64,000 nt of DNA from Nemertoderma westbladi (lineage: Eukaryota > Animalia > Xenacoelomorpha). Shown here in pieces: positions 56,880 through 64,000 of the stretch. Below the pieces are notes generated by a model that ran no database searches, was not told the origin of the DNA, and saw only the letters and a list, made by a program, of their open reading frames with translations. The translations under genes and the position numbers were made by a program. Location of the stretch: positions 19,489 to 83,488 of the forward strand of contig JAUCBJ010000859.1 in the NCBI GenBank assembly GCA_032718475.1, given 5' to 3'. How positions within the stretch are numbered: the stretch's first letter is position 1; each line of letters opens with the position of its first letter.

Positions 56880-57271
56880 CCAATGAATACATTTATTATG
56901 ATTATTAATTAACATAATAAACATTGTATTTTATTGAACTTCATAATTATTTATTTTATATGGTGTTCATAGTTTATTGTACCTAGTTAGATAAATTTTA
57001 CTGTACATATGTGATACTACTTTTTACACTGTAGCTACGTAACTGATATATTTCAAACTGTAAATTTAATTTTATTTCAAGTTTAATGTATCAATGTATT
57101 TATATACACGTGATTTATTGTAAACTACTGTACAGAGTTAGACCATTTATGTTAGTATAGTTTATTTATGGGAGTATAGTACTGGGGGGATCGCACTTTA
57201 AATAAGTCGTCAGACTTTGTTCGTAATCCCTGGCCTAACGGCCGAAGAAAATTAACTTTACTTTTACTTTT
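56880..57271 (+). mobile_element. Probable LINE 3' UTR fragment ending in (ACTTTT)n
   Basis: AT-rich UTR-like tract ending in a GC-richer terminal segment and repeat tail shared with the neighbouring SINE. Confidence 0.45.
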
Positions 57272-57404
57272 TATATCCCGCAGTTCGCGGGGGTTTATTT
57301 AACAGGGTAAGGCAGATTTGTGTGAGAAGATTTGACCGCCTACTTCTCCTGTCAGTCCAGCCTGCATTTAAAAAAAACTGGGTTATTTGATCTCAAATTA
57401 CCGT

Positions 57405-57682
57405 AAAAGTAAAAGTAAAGTTAATTTTCTTCGGCCACTAGGCCAGGGATTACGCACAAAATCTGACGACTTATTTCCAGTGCGGTCCCCCCAGAACTTT
57501 ACTCCCCAGAGGAAACTCCAGTACTCATTTAGCTACCACTTAAGGATGGAAGGCAGAGATGCGCCCTGGCTGATCCCTTTAAAACATTCGTACCGAAAGG
57601 AAAACTGTCCTGGTGCATGTGAGGATCGAACCCACGACCTACAGGAGATGTGAATTCAATGCAACCACTACACCAAGGTGGA
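57405..57682 (-). mobile_element. tRNA-derived SINE with Nin/Deu-like core
   Basis: A box TGGTGTAGTGG, B box GGTTCGATCC, core CTCTGCCTTCCATCCTT..GTAGCTAAATGAGTAC, tail (ACTTTT)n. Confidence 0.75.
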
Positions 57683-58668
57683 ACCTTGGTGAACCGACCT
57701 ACAGTATAATAATGACCAGTATTAGTACAATCGAAAAACTTATACAGTAGATGAAGATGTACAGTAGTCAATAAATCAAGCAAAAAAATAATGCGCACGA
57801 GATCCGTTACCAACATCGATTCTAAAGGAATCCATCGGTGCCCCAAATTTGAGGACCTTTAATGTTTAGACATGTAACCCCTAGCGGTAGACTGTTGACC
57901 TGATGTGTCTGAAAGTCTCTACAAAATCTCAACTTTTGGTCTTATTGATACCTACAAATTTTCAACTCGACAGCTTTAAATCCGACAAAGTTATTAGCAT
58001 GTCAAAATGGTAATGCAGGACGATGACAAAGACAACAAGCCATTACCCCCTAACAGTGTCCATTTCGCAAAGGCTGGCCAACTTCGTGGCTCGCCAAACA
58101 AATACACAGTTGTTAATTTGCTTACAGTCTGATAGAGAGTGCGAAAGTAAACACAGACAAACCTTGGCAAGCTAACATGAAATTGAAATCGATAAACTGT
58201 TAATCTGTTATATTGTACTGATTTTGTTAATAATAAAAGGTACATACTAAAATAGCAAAATACTTTTAGGGGTATATTACATAATTAGTGTTAATCGAAA
58301 GCAGAAAAAGTGGGGGGGGGGGGGGGGGGTGGGGGGGGGGGGGGCACCGTGCCCCTATCTCCCCTACTCCCCCCCCCCCCCCCCCCCCCCCACCCCCCTT
58401 TGAAATTAATAATTGTTATTTTTTCAAAAAAATGTCCATACTTGGTAGTGGTCATCTGTAGAAATAAATTGGTTAAAGATCTGGGAAACGCCTCACATTC
58501 AATGTTGGATGTAATTTTAACAGGGAATAAATTGCACTGTAGGTGGTTAAAGCTGTGGCTCACATTACATTAGATAACATATTGTAAGTATTTTTATTAT
58601 CGTATAGATATAAATAATACTATTATAACTTTCGCTTGCGTACTTACAGTAAGATTATTAAACTGCAT

Positions 58669-58770
58669 GAAAACCAAACCATATATGGTTTAAAGTTTAA
58701 TTCTGTATGAAAACTGTAAGAAAACCAAACCATATATGGTTAAGTTTAATTCTGTATAACCATATAGGGT
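58669..58770. repeat. Short tandem repeat AAAACCAAACCATATATGGTT..AGTTTAATTCTGTAT
   Basis: Two full and one partial copy with palindromic AACCATATATGGTT. Confidence 0.6.
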
Positions 58771-61700
58771 TACATTTATCAATAAATTATTTCTCAAACA
58801 TAAACTGCTAACTACTCAAGCACTACACGGAGCGTCACCATATGCAGCCATATGGGTGGGTAAGCCTATATTTCCTTATTTGGGTAGGTGGAGAGATTTA
58901 TTAGTCAGATGGTAGGCACGTTATCAAATAATATCTCGATCTAAACTCACTGCAATATCATTGGCTGGTGAAAATAAATTTCTCTGAGACATTTATACAT
59001 AGGAGGTGAGGATGTGGTATCCGGATGCCATACAGCCATATACTGATACCGGTATTACATGGTAGAACTGTGTACTATATTAGTTGAGCACTACAGCAGT
59101 ACAGGCAGACAGGATGCAGGAAATGTAGCCTGTTATGAAACCGGTACCGGTAGCTGGGTGGCCTGACTAGAATACTTACAGGTTTGAGTGCAGATGTGCC
59201 ATCTGCGGCGCGCTCTTCTGCTCTTGCACATTTAGAAATGCGGCCTGGCGCGATTTTACTGTTTTACGCAAATAGAATGTCAGAAATATGAAATATGTCA
59301 AACAAAATGTCCTACTACTGTAGGCCTACTATACTGCTATAGGCTGATAGGCTACCACAACACACCACAGTATACAGGTATAGGTATACTGTTAAGATTT
59401 AGGCCTAACTCCTTTCACAGTTTGACTCGTTCTCTAATTTAATTTCACATTTAATTTAATTTAATAAATTTGATTTTCGTAATAGGCCTACAGAAATATA
59501 ATACAGTAATAGGCCTACTTTTCTGTCAGTCAGTGCCGGCAGACCGGTCGGTAACTCGGTATACAGTTGAATTTGTGGTTATGGCATATGGAGCACAGGT
59601 GACAGGCAGACAGGTTGCAGGCTGGCAGGTGTTGTAGGCCTAGTGCGCAGGTGCTGGTGCGGCACACTAAAATCGAACTGCCGCGCCGGCGCGTTCTGCA
59701 GTTCTGTGGCGCGCTCGCGCTATATGCTGTTATGTCAGTATGTACAGATGTGCCAGGCTGCAAATGAAGTGCAAAAATCGCAACGCGTTGTGCGCATATT
59801 TGAAATAGTGCGCTGCGCGGTAAAAGCGCGCGGAATTGAAATAAAAGTGCGCGAAATTATGTGAAAGAGAACAAATGTGCGCAGTAATATGTGAAAAATA
59901 TAAAAAGTATAAAGTGCGCGGACAGGCGGATGACAGGATGAGGTGTAAAAAAAGTTCACATGCATGCAAAGTGAGAAAAATAATTTGCCACAAAAAATTT
60001 CGCTCGCTTCGCTCGCGTTTCTTTAAATTTTGCATTGTAAGATTGCTCAAATGTCTAAATTTCACTCACGTTTCTATTTCTGTATTTCATTTTGCATTGT
60101 TACTGAAAAAATTTTTGCTCGCTTCGCTCGTGTATGTTTTTAGTTTTTTATGTTAAAAATGTGGTATGCGCGTTTTTTTCGGTGCATGCGCGGTATATTG
60201 TCCAAAATTGCGCGGCTGAAAAATTGTCAGATTGTGCGCGGTTCAATGGTGGTTTGCAGCCTGTGCTATGTACCGGTACTGATGTAAGTATTCCAGTCAG
60301 GCTGGGTGGTGATAGCGATAGGCCTAAGGTGACCAGATTCACAGAGTGCCAAAGCGGGACACCTAAACTGGTTTGGTCTGAAGAAAAGTCAGTTTATCAC
60401 CCAGTGAAAAACATTTCGTCTTTTTACGTTATTTTCGTTATTTTCGATTCTACTTTTGTTTGAAAGTAATATTCCAGGATTTTGGTCTTATTTACTTTTA
60501 AATCCATTAAATGTAACGATTTTAAACAAAAACAGTTATGGTATTGCTGTATTGGAATTATGTAACATATTAGGTAGGAAACAATGTATAGGCCTAGAGA
60601 TATAGGTTGTTTAAAAAAAATATTACATTTTTTACAATGATTATTCCCAAAAAAATCATTAAAAGCCTTAAGACTGTAAGACAAATTCGATTATTAAGTT
60701 TTAAAAATATAAAACAAGTCTCCCCCTATCATAATAAACAACAATTCTAGCTTCTGATTCGTTGTTTCCAATTTTATATCAACGTTTCCCGGGCTTACCC
60801 TATTTATAATAGTAAAATGTGTTATATAGGTTGTTTTAAAAAAAAAACATTTCTTTATAATGCGGTCTATGCAAAACTGGCACATAGGTGGTTTTAAACG
60901 TGAAATATCTCAGTTATACGTGGGAGTATGGCCTTCTAAGTGTGTTAATCAGATTCATAATACATTTTAACATAAAGAAATGCAGCAATCTCCATTTCGG
61001 CAAAAATCGCATGTAGGTGGTTTCAAAATGAAAGGGGCGATTTATGACTCGGGTGAAAAACGCGCCAGGAATGTGTCAGAACTCTGAACACATGGTAGTT
61101 AGATTCCTTATAAATAATATCGAAAGCTATCATTTTGATCCAGATTCACTCTTAGCATATCTCGCCCAATCTTAATAATCAATTAAGGGAAAGGATCAGG
61201 TTATAGTGGCATGTTATTCTAATCAAAACAATTACCGAAAGGTTAAACATTTAAATATTGTTCACCCGGGTGATAAACATTAAAAAATGGCAATAATAGG
61301 CCGCAATCAGCCACCGCACCATTCGGTTTGAACTGTCAAAGGAAAATGAAACAAACGAAGCTTGTTCGATATCTTTAAACATGAGTTCATCAGTAAACGG
61401 TAATATGCAGTCAATCAAAATCGCTTCGCATTTCGTACGCGCACCGGAACTTAATCATGAAAAAACCGTAGGCCTACAACAATTATAATATTCTGTATAA
61501 ATGGTTTTAGTTTCGATTTCAGTCAGGCCGTACAGGTAGTAGTGGTGGGTGAAATTAACAGCTGCAGTCAGTCTGTCAGTACCGGTATGTCCAAACACCA
61601 AACACGGAAACATGTTAGTACTGTAGTATGGTGGTAGGCTACCGCTACCCGCCCGGCATGCCGGTACCGGTACTCTGGCATCTGGTACTGGCATAGGCAG

Positions 61701-62330
61701 ATAGGGACATCATTCAGTCATCCCTATCTGATATCAGCCTGCCAGCTGATCAAGATCAGCCTATTGCTGTAGGCCTATTTAAAAATTTTATCTTCTGCGC
61801 GGAACGCTGCGCGCCATATTGCCTATCTGGCTATTGAAATGTTTTACATATACCTGTATACGGCTGTACGTACGGTAGGTACAACATGTGTTAGTTTGTA
61901 ATTCAGTGCCGGTAATTAGGTACCGGTAGGGTTTATTTCAATATTTATTTTTGACAGGAGCTGGTACACTGGTACAATAATCTAATACAGTAATACGTGA
62001 ACTAGGAGTTTCTCAGTTTATTTATACAAATTAGTACTGTAGTAATAATACTGTAGGCCCTACTTCAGTACTTCTGTATTTCAATACTTTAATACTACTG
62101 TAGGCATACTACTGTACTAGGATACCGGTACTTAAGTGATGTACTACCAGACCCAGACAGGTTACAGAAGGCCTAAGAGATTTAATCTTGCAATTTTCAT
62201 TATATAAATCATTTAAAGTGTCACTGTTAGCATAGATTAGGCAGTACTGCAGTATATACCATTAGTAATCAAATTAATATATATATATATATTGTTCAGT
62301 AATCTCTACATATTAATAATATCAATCAAA

Positions 62331-62771
62331 ATGTCTGGAATAGCAGTAGACAATGATATCAGCAAGCTTTATAACGACATGAAGCTCAATAAGACCAAAC
62401 CGCCCGTTAGCTACATGCAATTGCACATAGAAGATAGCAAAATTGTTAAAATAGAGAAAACTGTCCTGAAAGAGGATGCGAATGGAAGTTTCGATGAGTT
62501 CAGAACGTGTCTCCCAGAGAACGATTGTCGCTACATTATATTCGATTTCCCGTACGAGACCCTGGATAAGCAGCAGAATAATAAACTAGTGTTTATCGCG
62601 TGGAGTCCAGACTGCGCCAAAGTCAAGGCCAAGATGGTATACGCCGCTACTAAGGAGACGGTTAAGAAGGCGTTTGGGGAGGGTGGTATAGCCTTAGAGG
62701 TACAGGCTAACGACATGTCGGAGATTGAGACGCTCGATATAGCTGAGAAACTTAAGCTCAAGAAAACCTAG
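62331..62771 (+). CDS. cofilin: ADF/cofilin actin-depolymerising factor (146 aa)
   Basis: MSGIAV, CRYIIFDF.Y, KLVFIAWSPD.A.VK.KMVYA, EVQAND; uninterrupted CDS, probable 5' UTR acceptor TTCAG at ~62299. Confidence 0.95.
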   Translation: MSGIAVDNDISKLYNDMKLNKTKPPVSYMQLHIEDSKIVKIEKTVLKEDANGSFDEFRTCLPENDCRYIIFDFPYETLDKQQNNKLVFIAWSPDCAKVKAKMVYAATKETVKKAFGEGGIALEVQANDMSEIETLDIAEKLKLKKT

Positions 62772-64000
62772 ACGTGTTAATATATAGAAGGACTCATTCA
62801 GTGGTTGTAATGTAAGCAGCTGTACCGCCAATAATATTTTTTAACGTTCTAGAACATGCTTATTCTTCCAGTTGAATTGTATGTAGGATTTTGCTACACA
62901 AGTTTTCTTGGTTTGACTACAAACTTTATTCGCTTTATGTATAATTTTGCGGTGTTTAAATTTAACTTTCTAATCGAGAGTTTGGCAGTGAAAAGGTCAT
63001 ATATAATATATAATATTACCCCAGGATACAAACATTTATTTTATTGTTTGTATATATATTAACCTTATAGGCTGTGGCTGTCACCCACTGTGTAGTGTGT
63101 AGTGCTATTATCTACTATTGTGCTGAACAATCCTTTGAATTCACTTTCTCTCAGAGTAGTTATCACTGTATTATGGTTATTATACAAATTGGTTAGGCCT
63201 AAAAGTATATTTCTGCTGTGTTCCGAAATTTATTTAAATCCCCAATTTCTGTCTGTTTTTGTGGTACTAATTATGCTTCTAGTGGATTTTTCCAGACAGT
63301 GCTAGTCGAGACACTACAGTAAATAGTATTGTATCTGCATACCATTACACGGTCTGTATCACCAATATATATTGTGTTACAATCATATTCCTATTTAGTA
63401 TTATTCTGATTTATATATTAACAATGTTTTCTTGGGTATCCTATATTTATGGCTATGTGATTTCCTATAAAGTGTCCTTGCACTAGCTAATACTTTTAGT
63501 TTCATTATGAATACAATAACAATTAGAATGTTTTATTACTAACCATTTTGAATTAGCATGTTATCCTACCTTAAATCGCTAATTATATTAATTCATTACA
63601 GAAATATATACTTTTTGCAATATTAAACCAAAGGCTTTGGAATTTCAATTTATTATCGATTTTGGAATTCTGCGCAATTTGAAAAAATCGATAAAATTTG
63701 TGAGACTTTAGCCGACATGACTGTGGCTATGTCGGTGTGTCTATAAAACAATCCGTTCTATGGGTGAAATGCCGATATTGTTTCTGTCAAATCTCTTACT
63801 TGACAGTAATTTCATTCATTCTCGCGAACTATAACTGTTATCACCAATTAAGCAGTTAGTGTCGCAATCTGAGCGCAAGTGAAAAAACTATCGCGTTTAT
63901 TGTTTTGGTTAGAAGTAACCGACACCTGTAACCTGCTCCTTTCACTTAATGTTTCAAATTAAATTAATTTTTTAGACCCATTAAACACGGGGGTCATTTT

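Noticed and set aside
57600-57682. tRNA gene
   Set aside because: No proper cloverleaf and continues into SINE core and tail
58291-58573. Gly/Pro-rich ORFs
   Set aside because: Translations of poly-G/poly-C tracts
59754-60263. hAT-like MITE with CAGGCTGCAAA inverted ends
   Set aside because: No 8 bp TSD found; ORFs across it are not credible

Overview
AT-rich animal (invertebrate-type) genomic DNA dominated by nested mobile elements. Host genes: the last three coding exons of a + strand beta/gamma-crystallin-repeat gene (3950-4090, 5636-5812, 29974-30121; missed by the ORF track, with a ~24 kb TE-filled last intron) and an ADF/cofilin CDS (62331-62771). Mobile elements: a Gypsy remnant whose integrase ends in a PWWP domain; a 13.9 kb BEL/Pao LTR element (9207-23058) with an extra orphan ORF, no tRNA primer site but an LTR-complementary segment at the PBS position, and a nested RTE LINE; TTAA-flanked piggyBac- and Kolobok-like non-autonomous elements; two APE-RT LINEs; a tRNA-derived SINE. 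The centrepiece is a complete 18.5 kb Maverick/Polinton endogenous virus (33650-52127; 315 bp TIRs, 6 bp TSD CTCCTT) with pPolB, integrase, packaging ATPase, protease, major capsid and two tandem minor capsid genes, plus a divergent TATA-binding-protein homologue, a probable PC4-like protein, a RING finger and a ~405 bp tandem array. All calls are from motifs read by eye; no database searches were run.
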